In this document: positions 25,708 through 39,451 of the stretch, in pieces
Layout of the letters: each line of letters begins with the position of its first letter
How positions within the stretch are numbered: the first letter of the stretch is position 1
Source: Neoconidiobolus thromboides FSU 785
Taxonomy: Eukaryota; Fungi; Entomophthoromycota
NCBI GenBank assembly: GCA_025603075.1
Contig: MU626307.1
Coordinates: 1 to 64,000 of the forward strand
Reading direction: 5' to 3'
DNA: 64,000 bases
The notes under the pieces: model-generated
Told to the model about the DNA's origin: nothing
Seen by the model: only the letters and a program-made list of their open reading frames with translations
Databases searched by the model: none
Translations under genes and position numbers: made by a program

Positions 25708-26673
25708 TTTCGACTAACACATTGAAGTATTAAATACAAAATTAAAATTATTAATTGATTGATTAATATTAATAAATATAAATTGAGAAGTGATAATGTT
25801 ATACAGAGGGTTAAAAATGCTTGTAAAATAGTAATTGTAAAAATAAAATATTTTTTTGAGGTCGTTAATTAGTTATGGTTTTGAACATGCTTTCCTAAGT
25901 GCTCAGTGATGCAATTAACAATTAGTAAAATATCATTGGTTCTTTTTATTTTACCCTCTTTGACTAAAATTCTAAAGGTTAAGCACCCGCCTCTACGTCA
26001 AGTTTATTAATATTTGTTGGTAGTTAAATGTATAGTTATTGCATCTTTTTGATTTATTTTTTGTATTTATATAAATTCCAGCACCATAGATATTGTTTCA
26101 ATATATTATTTAAAAAAATCGGTATAGCCAATTCTTTTATTAACCCTTAAGAAAACAACCACTTTATTGAAAACAGAAATATTACCAAATAAGGTAAAAA
26201 AGGTGAAAATAGTTGTCAAATACAGTTCGAATTGACTCTACTTATCCAGCAGTAATAAGTTTGAGCAAATCTCCTCACATCATGTTAGAGTGATCAAGAG
26301 AGTTCAGCGCATTTAGTACTAGGGGTGAAAAATCGATCAGTGAGGGTGTGTACTAATGGAAATTGTATAGTGAGTATATCTAGCTCCCGATAGAGTTGAA
26401 CAATTTGAGTCACCCACTGTTCTTGTTTTATGAATTTTAGTTCAAAATATAAAATTTGCTTATTTTCTAAGTCAATTTTTAAAATTAATAGATTATTTTT
26501 ATTAATTATAATTACTTTGTTTTATTTTAATAATATTATAAGCTTTTATACTCTTGAATAAATTTATCAATATAATTTAAATTGTTTTAAATTTCGTTTT
26601 ATACGGGTTTTCATAATTTATGTTTAAAAATACTTTTTAACATAATAAATATCTTAATGATTAATGTGACATA

Positions 26674-26864
26674 TGAGGGGTTTTTTTAGTTTCATTACTC
26701 TCAATTTTTTAAGCACTGTTTGAGTGGAAAAGCTATTAGTAAAACTCTTAAACAAAAAGATACATTCTCATGTATCTTTTTGTTTAAGAGTTTTACTAAT
26801 AGCTTTTCCACTCAAACAGTGCTTAAAAGGTAGAGAAAATAATGAAGCAAAAAAATCATCCTCA
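26674..26864. mobile_element. Two MITE copies (11 and 12) fused head-to-head, with a perfect 59-bp inverted repeat
   Basis: 26707-26765 is the exact reverse complement of 26770-26828 (4-nt loop TCTC); the outer parts are diverged MITE ends; TA on both outer sides. Confidence 0.9.
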
Positions 26865-27792
26865 TATCTTCATACTGTATAAAATAATAGCCATTTTTAT
26901 TCAAGTAGTTGTTAGAATTCACAGCATCAAAAGCTTATAATTTAATATAAGATTATATTTTAAATTATATTTTAAAATGTTGGTGTTTAATTTTGAATAA
27001 TTTACAGCTACCGCAGCTCTTTTACGACTTATCTAATAGCTCATTTGAGAAAAAAAATAGTATTAAAATTTGCTTGAATATAACAATTGCATAATAAAAA
27101 TCAACTGTGAGAATAGTTTGGTTATAAAAATTATTACTATGAAGATCGCAAAAAAATTGCAACAACTGTACATAGTAAAAAACATTGATCTCTAATTTAC
27201 CATATTAATACATTCATATTATAGTGATAGTCAATAGCAAATAAGAATGCTAACTTACTACAAGTTAAATACTAGAGTAGCACCCCATTTGATAAAAAAT
27301 TAATATGATTTTCAGCCAAAATAATCAATTTTAGTTGACTTTAGTTTAATAAATATTATTAATATTCTTGTTATTTGATATAATAGTATTAAAAATTAGC
27401 AATACTAAACTACACCAAACTTTGTTAAAAAATTACCAAAGTTATTTCACATGAATAGCATAAATAATATTAAAATCGAACTTGATGATAACAATGAATT
27501 CTATCACTTATTTTGGTGCTACAATGAATAATTGACATAATCAATTCTTAGAATATTAATAATAATAACATAAATAACTTTATTATAATATAATAAATAA
27601 CAATGATAAACAAAATAAAGGCTAAATAAACAAAAAAGCTAGAATACACTAGGACAAATAACTATGGTTGGTTGAAATGATAGATTGAATACAAGCAATT
27701 GTAATATTTCAATATTAACCTCTAAAAAGGCTAAAATCTCAAAGCAATCTTGACAAAATAGGCTAAAGTAATTGGATCCACCAATAAAATCT

Positions 27793-27831
27793 TGACTCAG
27801 ATAAAACAAAAAGATGAGGTGGAATGAGTAA
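27793..27831. promoter_or_regulatory. Gcn4/CpcA-type elements upstream of ARO2
   Basis: TGACTCA at 27793-27799 and TGAGTAA at 27825-27831, 90-130 bp before the ATG; CCAAT at 27781. Confidence 0.5.
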
Positions 27832-27920
27832 AGGCTAATTTAAAATTTAAAACAATTATAAAAATGCAACTTACTTCATTTTGACTTCTTTAATTTTATT
27901 TCGAATTTTTTAATTCAAAA

Positions 27921-29229
27921 ATGTCTTCTTTTGGCACTATATTTAAAGTCACTACTTATGGTGAAAGTCATTGTTCTTCCGTTGGCTGTATAATAGAAAA
28001 TGTCCCTCCAGGTTTAGAAGTAACGGAAGATTTAATTCAACCTCAATTAACTAGACGTAGACCAGGTCAAAGTAACTTAACTACTCCAGTAAATAATCCT
28101 ATTTATTATAGTTTTAATATATTAAAATTAACCTTAATTATCTTATTAGCGTAATGAAGCTGACCGCGTCAAAATCGAAGCAGGTGTTGAACATGGAGTA
28201 AGTTTAGGCAGTCCCATTGCTTTAACAGTTAAAAACTTAGATCAAAGGCCACATGATTATAGTGAAACTGATTTATACCCAAGACCAAGTCATGCTGATT
28301 GGACTTATTTATTAAAATATCAATTAAAATCTTCTTCTGGTGGAGGTAGATCTTCTGCTAGAGAAACTATTGGTCGTGTAGCTGCTGGTACCATTGCTGA
28401 ACTTTACTTAAGAAAAGCATTCAACACAGAGATTGTTGCTTTTGTTTCTCAAGTGGGTAAAGTTAAAATGGATTTCCTTAATGGTGAAGAAAACCATTTG
28501 GAATTTATGAAGTTTTTAAATACTATTGATCGTCCAACAGTAGACCAAAATAACATTCGTTGCCCAGATATACACGTTAGCGAGAAGATGAGAGAAGTAA
28601 TAATAATGTTATTATATTTGGATTATTGCTAATTTTTATAGGCTATTTTAGAAGCTAAAGAAAGAAATGATAGTATAGGTGGTGTGGTAACTTGCGTTAT
28701 CCGTAATGCACCAAAAGGATTAGGGGAACCATGTTTTGATAAATTAGAAGCTAAACTTGCTCATGCTATGTTATCTATTCCAGCTACCAAAGGGTTCGAA
28801 ATTGGATCTGGGTTTAATGGAGCAGCTATGTATGGATCTCAACATAATGATAAATGGGTACCAACTGAAGGTGGCCTTTCAACTGTTACTAATTATTCAG
28901 GCGGTATACAAGGAGGTATTTCTAATGGAGAAAATATTTATTTTAATATTGCATTTAAACCAGCAGCTACTATTTCTCAAGAGCAAGAAACTTGCACCTA
29001 TGATGGTGAACCAGGTGTATTAAAAGCTCGTGGTAGACATGATCCTTGTGTGCTTCCAAGAGCTATTCCAATTGTAGAAGCTATGGCTTCTTTAGTTATT
29101 ATGGATAATTTCCTTATCCAATCCGCTAGACTTTCAGCTAAGCAATTGATTCCAAATGCCAATATTCATCCTTCCCTTTTAGGTAAAATCCCTACCAAAT
29201 CTACTAATGGTATCAATGGCAATCATTAG
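27921..29229 (+). CDS. ARO2: Chorismate synthase (3 exons)
   Basis: [70 protein letters not shown]. Confidence 0.96.
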
Positions 29230-29462
29230 TTAAATTCGATTTATTTTATTGTTTACTTTATTAAAAAAAATAAACTTAACTCACACTTAAATATTTAGTA
29301 TGAAATGGCTTGATTATTAATTTAATCTTTTTCTTTATACTCTAGAAGTGATTTAGTATTCTAAATCATAGTATTTTTTTCACCCTAGATTATAGCGACT
29401 ACTGTTAATAAGGCATATTTACATGTATAAATTTATTACTATTCAATTTTAATATAAACAAA

Positions 29463-29559
29463 TGAGTCCATTTTTTGATTTCATTACTTTTCCATTTTTA
29501 AGCACTATTTGAGTGGAAAGATTGTTAGTAAAATCCTCAAACAAAGAATTACATCCCCA
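29463..29559. mobile_element. MITE-like element, copy 13
   Basis: aagcactatttgagtggaaagattgttagtaaaat...tacatcccca; left end degenerate. Confidence 0.8.
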
Positions 29560-30007
29560 AATCTTAAAAACGTAAATTAAATTTGGGTTCTCTAGTATAA
29601 ATGTATTCGAAACAAAAGCTACTTCTTGAGTGCAATGATTATTAGAATATTCGAATAGTATACTTATACAAAAATTGACTTTTATTTCGAATACGGTAAT
29701 AACATTAAAGTGTTCTACCAAACTATAAAATTTATACTATAAAGTGAGTATTATTTTGAAGCTATTCCGTAGACTTTTGGATAATAACAGTAGTAATTAA
29801 AACCATCATCTTCATATCTAAAAGCAAACATGTGGATAATCTGATAAAAAACAACCTACGTAAACTTGATAAATACTCTAAAAAATTTATAAATATTAAA
29901 AAAAGTTTATTAAAATTAAAACACGCACTTTTAGAATAGCATAATAATATTTAACTCCATCTTAACATAGAAAATAAAAGATCAATTGAAGTACTATCCT
30001 TTAAAGA

Positions 30008-33000
30008 TTAATTAAGTAAGTCCTTAATATTTGATCTCGAAGATGCATTGGGTTTCCTATTACTATCCTCTTGATTCGGACTACCCCCTTGTAATATATT
30101 TAAGTTTGGATTTATACCTTGATTAGCCCCAGTACGTCTGCGTACTTGACCTGCTCCTAAAATTGAATCGTACATACTGATTGGTTGGTTGAGTGATTGA
30201 TTTTGAATAGGTGCAAGAGAAATATGCTGACTATTTATATTATGATTACTTTGAATAGATTGGTCATAATACCTTTGGGATGATCTTAGATTACCATCAC
30301 TTTCGTTCTGAATGGATGGATAGCTTGTATGTATACGTTCATAATTATGACTTTGAAGCTTAGCTTTATCAATATGCTGTGTTTGATGAGTAGCATTTAC
30401 ATCTTGATTTCTTTGATGATTAACTGACTGGAAATGATCTGACATTTGGTAACGCTGGGTATATTGAGAATTATTGGATTCTTGTAACTGGGATGGGATA
30501 CCTTGCTTTTGGTTTTGGCTATCAAAACGACTTTGAATCTCATGGTATTTATTAAGCTGAGATAGCTGCGGGTTATTTGCGTCTTGAGTAGCACTTACTG
30601 GGTATTTGGCAGTGGGGTTAATATAAGGAGACTCATGCCTATAATTCGCATTAGATTGACGTGTTTCACCTGACTGTTGCATTGGTTGACTTTGGTCCCT
30701 TCCTTTTACATATTGATTATTATGGCTGTATTCAAACCTATTCTCAATCTTTCTTAAATCTTGAGGATGTTCGTATGGCCTAAAAGAATCCTTAGAACCA
30801 CTTTGAAGTACGGTATATCCTTTTTCTCTTGCTTCTTTTTGGCTTCCTAAAATACTAGAATGCTTTTTATTTGCATAAACCATTTGTGAAATATGTGAAG
30901 AACCTAAAGTAATGTCAGATCTTCCTGAATGTTGCGACTCAACAAATTTCCCTGAATAAGGCTCATTTAATATCCTAATATTTCTTGATTGGTTACTGAC
31001 CCCTTTAGGCCCAGAAGCATTTGGATCACTTTGGATGCTGCTTTGAACGAACTGATTCTGAGATATAACCTTAGGTGTGTGAGTATCTTTACTACCTATT
31101 TCGTGTCTTGGGTTATGAATAGCGACTTGTCTAAGTGGTGTCTGCTCATATCGACCTGCTTGAGAGAAATCCTTAGTTAATCTTTGAGCTACAATTCCTT
31201 CACGTGGGGAAGATTTATCTGCCGTAAATCGATCTAAATCTAATTTTGGTAGATAATCTTGCCTTAGTCCAGCAAATTGGCTGTATCCTTGATCAGCTGG
31301 TCTTGAGGTATATTGATTTGATAGGCTAATATTTTCATTTCGAGGATTAGGTGGAATTTGATTAGAATGTGAACTTTGGAGAAAGAATTGATTGTGTAAT
31401 TGAGTAGGCTTATGAGATAAGGCGGGTAGCGTATTTTCTCTGGAATTAATAGAATTTCCTTTATTAAAACCTTCATTGGCATTTCTATTCCTGTTATATG
31501 ACATTTGGTTTTGTAATGCATTAAATTCTGATAATGGGTCACGTTTACCAGGAATATTTTTTGAAGTTTGTGCATTGATTATACTTCCTTCCTTTCTAGG
31601 TATCTTTGTCTCCATACCTTCATTTATGCCAGGAGTCATGGCTGATCTGGCTGATTTTTTTGTAGAAGACCTGATTGCTTTTTTACTTTCTTTTGACGAA
31701 GTAAGTGAAGCTGGTAAAGTAAAATCTTGCATATTACCACCAGAAGATTTTGAAGAAGGAAGCGTCCCAGCAGATGGTCCAACCATAGCAGGTGGCAGAA
31801 TAGGTGCGTTTAACTCCATCATTGCTGATATAGCTAATTTGTCGCTTTTAGATGGCTTGGATTGGCGGAAACTCTGGTTAATATTCATATGGTCATACCT
31901 GTTAGTATCGTTTAGCATATTTGAGCCGCCAACCTTATATGTATCAGCTGGAGGAGGCTGATTATGTCGAATAGGAGGGCGTGATGTTAATGTACCAGAT
32001 ACATTTGATTGCTGTAAAGCATTCGCAGATGATCTTTCAGGTCCTGATGCTGGAGCTGGAAGCTCAAAAAATGGAGCAATCGATGGAAATCTAGGAATAG
32101 TTTTAGAATCAGGTTGTGGAGGCAATTGAGCGGAACTTTCGAGTATGCTTCTAGTCCTTTGTTTTGAATCATGGTTTGTTTGAGGAACATGTTGACTATT
32201 TTCTTGTTTATTTCTGCTCAAGGCTCCAACTTGAAAAGGTTGGACAGCACTTTGATTTCCTGGGAGATAATATGGTTTAGCCATACGATGATCAACTAAA
32301 GATTCTACTTTATTGGGATTTACTTTAGGATCGAATTGCCCTCTATATTGAACTTCTTCTTCATCCACCCCTTGTGTTCTAGACTGCATAGTGTTTGGAG
32401 TACGTCTAAAAGGATAATTTGTAGCTCTATTTATTAATAATTCTCGTTCACTGTCCATTGTTGTAGAGGTAGCAAGCGGGGGTGGTAATGGAGTAAAGTA
32501 ATTTGTATTATTATTTGATGTATTAGAAGACATATTGCTGTTTTCAACTTGCTTTGCTCTTATTCTTTCATAAAAGTCAATTGTATTTGGATTACTAGGC
32601 TTAGATGAAGATTCGTGTTGGACATTGGACCTGCTGCCTTGAACAAATTGGTTATATCCGCTTAATGGGTCAGTAGATAAACGATGTGAAGATTCGTTCT
32701 GTTGAACAAATGGTACTGATAGAGGCTTAATTTCTGGAGGTGGTAATTGAGATGTTTGAGGAGGGTGATCATGACTAAGTGTTGGCTGGCTGCGGCTTTG
32801 AAAGCTTTCATGAGCAACTGGATAAGTGTTTGGATGAACAGCTTGTGAAGTGATAGGTAGTATCTTCTTGTATTTATTTAAATTATCTGTACTATCTGAT
32901 GTATATGACGTTGTTACCTGGAGGTTATTAGAAAGCTGAGGATTCATATTTGATATTGTTCCCTTTGTAAGATTTTTCAAAGCCGATTTCTTTTTCTTAC

Positions 33001-36000
33001 TGCTAGAAGGAGGCTGAAAATTATAAAATACGCTTATTCTTTCTTTCTCAATCTGTGAAAAAGATTTTGGTGGATCAGTACTATTAGATAGTCCTATTGG
33101 CTGATTAGGGTTTGGGGTTACTTTATTATCGGAATTAGCTAAAGGCGTTTCTTCTAAATTAGAGCTTAACTCTTTGTCACTCTCCTTTATCTTTCTTGAT
33201 TTTCGTGTAATGTCCAATTTGTAGTTATCTACCATTGATCCCGACTCAATATCGGCTGGAGGTACAGATGTTTGATCTGACGTCAACTCTTTCTTTGAAT
33301 TTTTGGTTTTATACTTCTTCCTCTTTTGCTTCTGTTCTGATGGAACTATGACTGGAATAACTTGGTCAGCTTCTTGTTGGATAAGTTCACTTTTTAGGTT
33401 TTCACTATTATCCTTTTCGACTGGCTCTTCAATTATTCGAGTAAAATTCTGGACTTCTTGTGAGCTCACTTTTATAATCTCTTCATCCAAAGTATTTGCT
33501 GGTATGTTTTCGGCATGAATGTTTTCTTTAGAATTGGTTTTATCACTCGATTCTGATGCAATATTCGATGAAGTAAGAGAAGTTTCAAGTTTGCTCTGGT
33601 TACTTTCAATCGCTTCTTTACTATCATCTATCTTCTGAATATCCTTTTTCATCACATCGTCTAATTGACTATCACTGATGACATTATTCGGGCTTTCTTT
33701 GTTCTTTTGTTGAGACTGATAATCAAGTGAAACTATAGGCAAAATAGTTGGCAAAGCAATGGGTTGACTAACTTTACGCTGAAAAATATTCATTGGCTTA
33801 TTTCTTTCATTATGGTTGTTTGAATCACCCTTACAAACATTGGGAGCTTTGTTATTTATCTGTGTTTCATCAGTTATCGTATCTTTAGCAGGCTCTGTTT
33901 GATTGGTTGTACCTTCTGGAGTCAAAATAACATTATTCATATTACTATTCTCAATAATAGATTTATTTGGATTAGTGCTTTCAATAGAATAGTGATTTGA
34001 ATTAGTGTTTTCAGTCAAAATGTCATTTGAATTAGTGTTTTCAGTCAAAATGTCATTTGAATTAGTGTTTTCAGCAAAGGGATGTGACAGCACATCATTG
34101 TTGTTTTTTGGCGATTGGTTGTAAGTTATTTCTACGCTTTCATTTAGTACTGGAACTTGTTCATTTGATTCCATCGCTAAGGACTCATTATCATTAGTAG
34201 GATCTAATTCATCCGATGAGTTTATCAACTGTTGTGATTCCTCGATCTCACTTTGATTCTCAATTAGATCATCTACTGTATTAGAAACGCTCATGCTACT
34301 TTGCTCTTCTGAATTCAATTTCGGTTCTAAAAAACGATTAGTTTAACTATTACTATAAATCAAATAAATATACTTACCTGTAAACTGAGCCCCAATTTGA
34401 TTTAATAATTCATTAATGCTTTCGCCAGTAACAAATCGATTAAGCTCAGTTACGTTTTGTGAAGAACGCCCTATATCTAATTCTCTATAAGTTATTATAT
34501 GAGGATCATTGTCTATCTCATTTGCCAACTCCCGATGAATATTATTAAGAAATTCACTATCAACCTTAATAAGGCGTAATAAAGAATAGATAGGATTAAC
34601 AATGACCCTTTGACTACGTATTACATCATCCTTAATATTTAAAAGCTCCGAGATTAAAAGTACTGGATGAATTGTGTTACGATTACGGTAATTTTTAGTA
34701 ATCCCAATAAGAATATTATTAAGTAGCAACTTTGAATTAGGAAGATCCTTGATTAATTTTAACATGTAGTTCAATTGACTAAATGGACTGTTTATGAAAA
34801 GGAAAGAAGATACATGAACATTTCGAAGTTCCAACTTTTTTGAATTAGGCTGGATCCAATCAAGCATAAGTGTCTGCTTAATTTTAGTTGGTAAGAAACT
34901 GAAAGTAGTGAGTGATGATAATACTAGTTGATACTTTTCGTTTATTTTTATAGCGAAAGTGTATGCAAATTTGTTGCTTTCATTAAATAGTAACAAGCCA
35001 AAATATTTGAGCTCAAACATATCCTTAATCAAAGCTCCGAAGTCATCTCTTAAATCATTAGGAAAATATCGATTATTTGAATTATAATTTATATAACCCT
35101 GTATGTTGTTTTTTTCTATGTCTGTTTCTCGCCATTTTAACAGCTTTATTAATTGAACTGAATTAGAATCATGCTTATAATCAAGGAAGTTTATGATTTG
35201 AATCGGAAACTTCTTTTTACTACATTTTAAAATGAGCTCATACTCTACGTAATGCTTTTCAAATATAATATTATAAAGTAATGTAAATTTTGGTTCTAAA
35301 AGCCCAACTACATCTTTTGTTATAAATTCAATTTTAGAAAAATTTGCTTTCGAGGTTGGGGCGGAAGCAAGATCAAACCAAGAAATTCTTTCATCATCAA
35401 GGCATTTGTCGGATTGAAAATCAAACGTAAATATTAAGATTCTATTTCTCAAAGGTGAAAGAAGTCTTTTAACTCTCTGAGGCTCAATATCAGTGAACAC
35501 CCATATATAGCTATGTGCCCCATTAATTGAGGACATGGATAAGGCTTTTATCCAACTTGGTGAATTAGCTTCCGTTATTATGCTACCATTTTCTCTAAAT
35601 TTTATTAACACTTGTTTAAATGAAGATCAGAATTACTTACGTTTCATTTAAAATACTTTCTAGGAATGCTTCTTGTTGAAGATTATTTTTAAACTCACGA
35701 TTTGACTTTACCCAATTAAATGAGTGGAATTGAATTTTATCTTTTCCAATCAAATAATAATAAGCTTGGCAAATTGCTAAAAATAAAAATTAGTTCATTG
35801 AATATGATTGGTTGAAAAATTATATAAATAGCTGCTTAGTGGTTTCTATAACAATGTTGTTTTTTTAAATAAACTATAGTATTATAAAATCAAGCATATA
35901 AATTAAATTGTTCAATTAACTCTTTTAAAGTTTATTTAAAGAGCATTCTTTTTCAATAATTTAATTTATACTTCAGCTTTTATCATTTCATTTGAATTGA

Positions 36001-36272
36001 AATATTACTCTACCTGTTTTGACTAATTCTTGTTGCTCTCTATAAGCATCTGGGGTTGTAGAATTAGAGTTTAATGAAAAAAATATTGTATCATATTTAT
36101 ATGGCTCAAACATATTAAGAAACACTATATTACTAAATTAAATAATATTAGTGATTTTGTACTTGTAGTGTTATCAATTGTATTTTCAATATCTTGCTTT
36201 GAGCAAAATTTAAGATACAATATCGTGTATAGTTCGCTTACATAAATTGATAAGCCTTAAGCTTATTTTCAT
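30008..36272 (-). CDS. Large protein: folded N-terminal region (possible VWA, INTS13/Asunder-like) spliced to a ~1430-aa disordered S/N/Q-rich tail
   Basis: ORFs 34343-35611 and 30008-34318 join in frame through intron 34328-34378 (CAG|GTAAGT...TTTAG|AA, giving FTEPKLNSEE). Further upstream exons join via intron 35595-35640. Start near 36272 is tentative. Confidence 0.75.
33995..34074. repeat. Coding 30-bp minisatellite (ENTNSNDILT repeats)
   Basis: atttgaattagtgttttcagtcaaaatgtc twice perfectly plus a partial third copy; degenerate copies continue toward 33930. Confidence 0.9.
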
Positions 36273-37596
36273 TTCAAAATAAAAAAAATGAAGAAAATTT
36301 CTCCTCTATTTATACCCCTTCGCTCATGTTTTGATTGGTTGCATGCATTTATATTGATCACCAATCAAATCACAATGACTGAACTTCTTAGTAGGGTGTA
36401 TTTTACCGGAATATAATCTAAAGCAACCAATAATATTTCGTAAAAGGATTTTTCTAAGAAAATTTTGAGAATATAATTGGTTGAGTTCACTTTTTAAGGA
36501 AAAAATAAAACTTGAATCTTTAATTCTCTTCTTATAATGATTAAAGCACCAGTGTTATTTCATATTAAGACCTAAAACGATTATTAAACAGGATGACCCC
36601 AACATATTGATTTGAAAATGTACGATGGAAGATTATAAGTAATGCGTGATGATAAGAATAAAAAATCGTTTAAAAATTAAAAAATTTATTATTGAAAATA
36701 ATTTAATTAAACTGCTTTTTATTTAATAAAAATTATCTTTAAGGCAAAATCACACTTAAATATTACGTAACTGTGAAAATAAATTTAATAGATTAGTTTG
36801 TAATTTATTTGATCTAAGATTTCACAACTTAAGATTAAATTCATATAAAGTTGTTATCAAATGCCAATCTATAAAGTCATAAAAATAGAAAAATAGCACT
36901 ACCATAATAAAAACGATAAAAACTTAGCAAACAGAGAAATTAAACACGAATTTTTAATTAAACATATATATTTTCAAGTATCATGCTTGAAGAACTCAGT
37001 TTTTTAGGAGTTAATGTGATTCATTTCTAAACTCTAAAAATAATGAAAGGTTCTAACTATCCCCTAAAAATTCGTATTATATAAATCATACCAAGATGAT
37101 ACTATAGTATATAATGATCAAAATAGCTGCTAACAATGAAAATTAGCTTCATACTTACAGAAATAGACTTATTTGTTACTTAGATAGAATTAAAGCTTTA
37201 AAATCAACTTCGATGTTATATTGTTTCAATTTGCTTAATATACTTTGAATAAACAATCTAAAATTAATTATTGTATCATTTTAATTAAAGATAGATCCAT
37301 AATGAATATATGAATTTTATATCAGTTTGTTTTAACTCGATTATGACATGTTTTCTTTGTAAAATTACATAAACTATTATAACGTTTTGATATCATTTTA
37401 TAGACCCAAAAAGATTTTGAAGTAAAATAACTTCGTCCTAATGACTTATGTGTGTCAAAAGCTATTTATTAATTTAAAAAAATTAGTTGATAAACTTGAA
37501 AGTAAAAGACCGAAATTTGATTGAAGTCTGCAAAAATAATTAAGTATTTGTTAATGCCTAAGCTAGGCTTTAAAGCAATAGCATACAAATAGCAAT

Positions 37597-37696
37597 TAGA
37601 AATGTTTTTTTGGTTTTATCACTTTTTCTATCTTTAAGTGCTATTTGAGTGAAAAGACTGTTTATTAGTAAAATTCTTGAACAAAATACATCCCCA
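37597..37696. mobile_element. MITE-like element, copy 14
   Basis: aagtgctatttgagtgaaaag...ttagtaaaattcttgaacaaaatacatcccca. Confidence 0.8.
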
Positions 37697-37928
37697 ATTG
37701 TAAAAAACCCAATTCTTTTGTTTAATTTAAGGCAATAACTTGTCACCATAGAATAGAAAAAATTTGAATACAATTTGTAAATAAATTGACCAATAGAAAT
37801 AAGCTGAAGTAAAGGAAAAAGTAGGTAGAGCTGACTTTAAGATATTAAAATAGTGGCTACGTAGATAACGAGCTTTTCTTTTATTCATTAAATTTAAAAG
37901 AAGAGCCTAGTCTTTAATAAAAAAACCA

Positions 37929-39173
37929 ATGATCAGTATCATGAAAAACATAACGAATAAGAATCATAAATATAGCTTAAGGAGCTCCGAAAAGAAGTCA
38001 AATTTCAAGGATGGTGGCCAGATAAAAGGAAATGGTAATATCAAAGGGACAATGGGAAGGAACGAGTCTTTATTGAAAAGGAAAGCTGACCCTGTTTTAA
38101 AAGAAACAAAAGCTGAAGATAATAAAAGGAAATTCATAAACCAAACAAACTCAAACTCAAAAAATAACTTTAGTACTGAGACCTCAAGGATAAAGCTAAC
38201 TAACGATCAAAAAACTATAACAAGTAACCATAGGAGAATAGAAAATAAGGGCTTTAAGAACTCACCTAGGCTTCTGCAATTAAGCATAAAGAATAGCAGA
38301 GAACTTGAACCCTCAAAGAAGAGGAGGAATTCTAGCAGCAAAACGGCAAAAAATGAAAAGAATAACAGTAATTTATAAAGTTTATATATTTAATAAAGCT
38401 AAAATATCACTATAGATAATGAAAAGAAAGAGGAGACAGATAAAGTTATTTTGTTATACGATGAAAACAAATTTGATGTAAAGGAGCCAAATAAACCTAT
38501 ATTTAACAATACTGAAACTAGAACTAATAACCCTTTTGAAAATCTTTTACAACCTAAACCAATGAAGCTTTCTGAATTAAATGCTGAAGCAGAACCAACT
38601 GCCAGGATTCTTCTTACTCGCTTCGATGGAAGGCGAACTTCCGTTCGGGTAATTAATAGTAAACTTCATAATAATAAACTTATAAAATTTAAGGAAAGTG
38701 ATGAACTTGATTTTCATACATCAATTAACAAAATTGGAGAAAGGTATGAATCAAAGCTAATCAATAGAGAGCTAGAAATGAGAAAGCATCAAGAGTATAC
38801 GGAAAAAGTTATAAAAGAACAGCAGGATTATTATAAATACAATCAAAGGAACCCAATTGGATTACATAATCTATCAAACATATCCTTATTTAATGACTTG
38901 TCTGAAGTTGACTATTGTCCCAATACGATAGCAGTTTCCAGTCTAGATTCAAATATTAAAAATAACATTTTATCCCAAAGACACCCATCACGTATTTTAG
39001 GAGAGCCTAAACTAATTTCTTTAAGCGAGTTAAGTGGAATAGTTCGACCTAAACAGCCCAACTTTTTTTATCGCTTATTAGACTCGGAATATGTCAAACA
39101 AAGTTTAAACGAAAACCCACAAGATTTTGAGTCAACTTTTAAGCAATTTAGAAAGATGCAGGAAAACGAATGA
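37929..39173 (+). CDS. Hypothetical basic, low-complexity protein (2 exons)
   Basis: The two ORFs join in frame through intron 38368-38415; NLS-like KKRR; no recognised family. Confidence 0.6.
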
Positions 39174-39451
39174 ACTATTTGCTACCTTATTGCTTTTACT
39201 AACATTAATTCATATAATTAAAGCTAAGTTATTTTGTTGCTTATTGCTATATATATTTTTATTGTTTGATTTATTTTGATATTTTTAATCTAGGAATTTT
39301 AAGCACTTTTTATTAATGTAATTAGCCAAATTTGCAATACTTATGATAATTTCAAATCAAAAAGCTAATACTATTAATAATGGAATGTTTAAGCAAAAAT
39401 TAAGTATAAAACAAAACTTAAGTGATGCTTTTTAATAAATTTGTATAAAAA

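Noticed and set aside
26222-26235. tRNA gene suggested by GTTCGAAT
   Set aside because: No acceptor, D or anticodon arms can be built around it
26200-26440. Tyrosine-recombinase remnant (HDVRRFAQTY on the minus strand)
   Set aside because: A single short motif in a frame with three stops; no other catalytic residues recognisable
29449-29721. 90-aa ORF (likewise 6005-6208, 37570-37773, 5011-5271)
   Set aside because: Frames run through MITE sequence; no coding signature
30397-33518. Several small ORFs inside the 1436-aa frame
   Set aside because: Alternative-frame or antisense by-products of a long low-complexity exon
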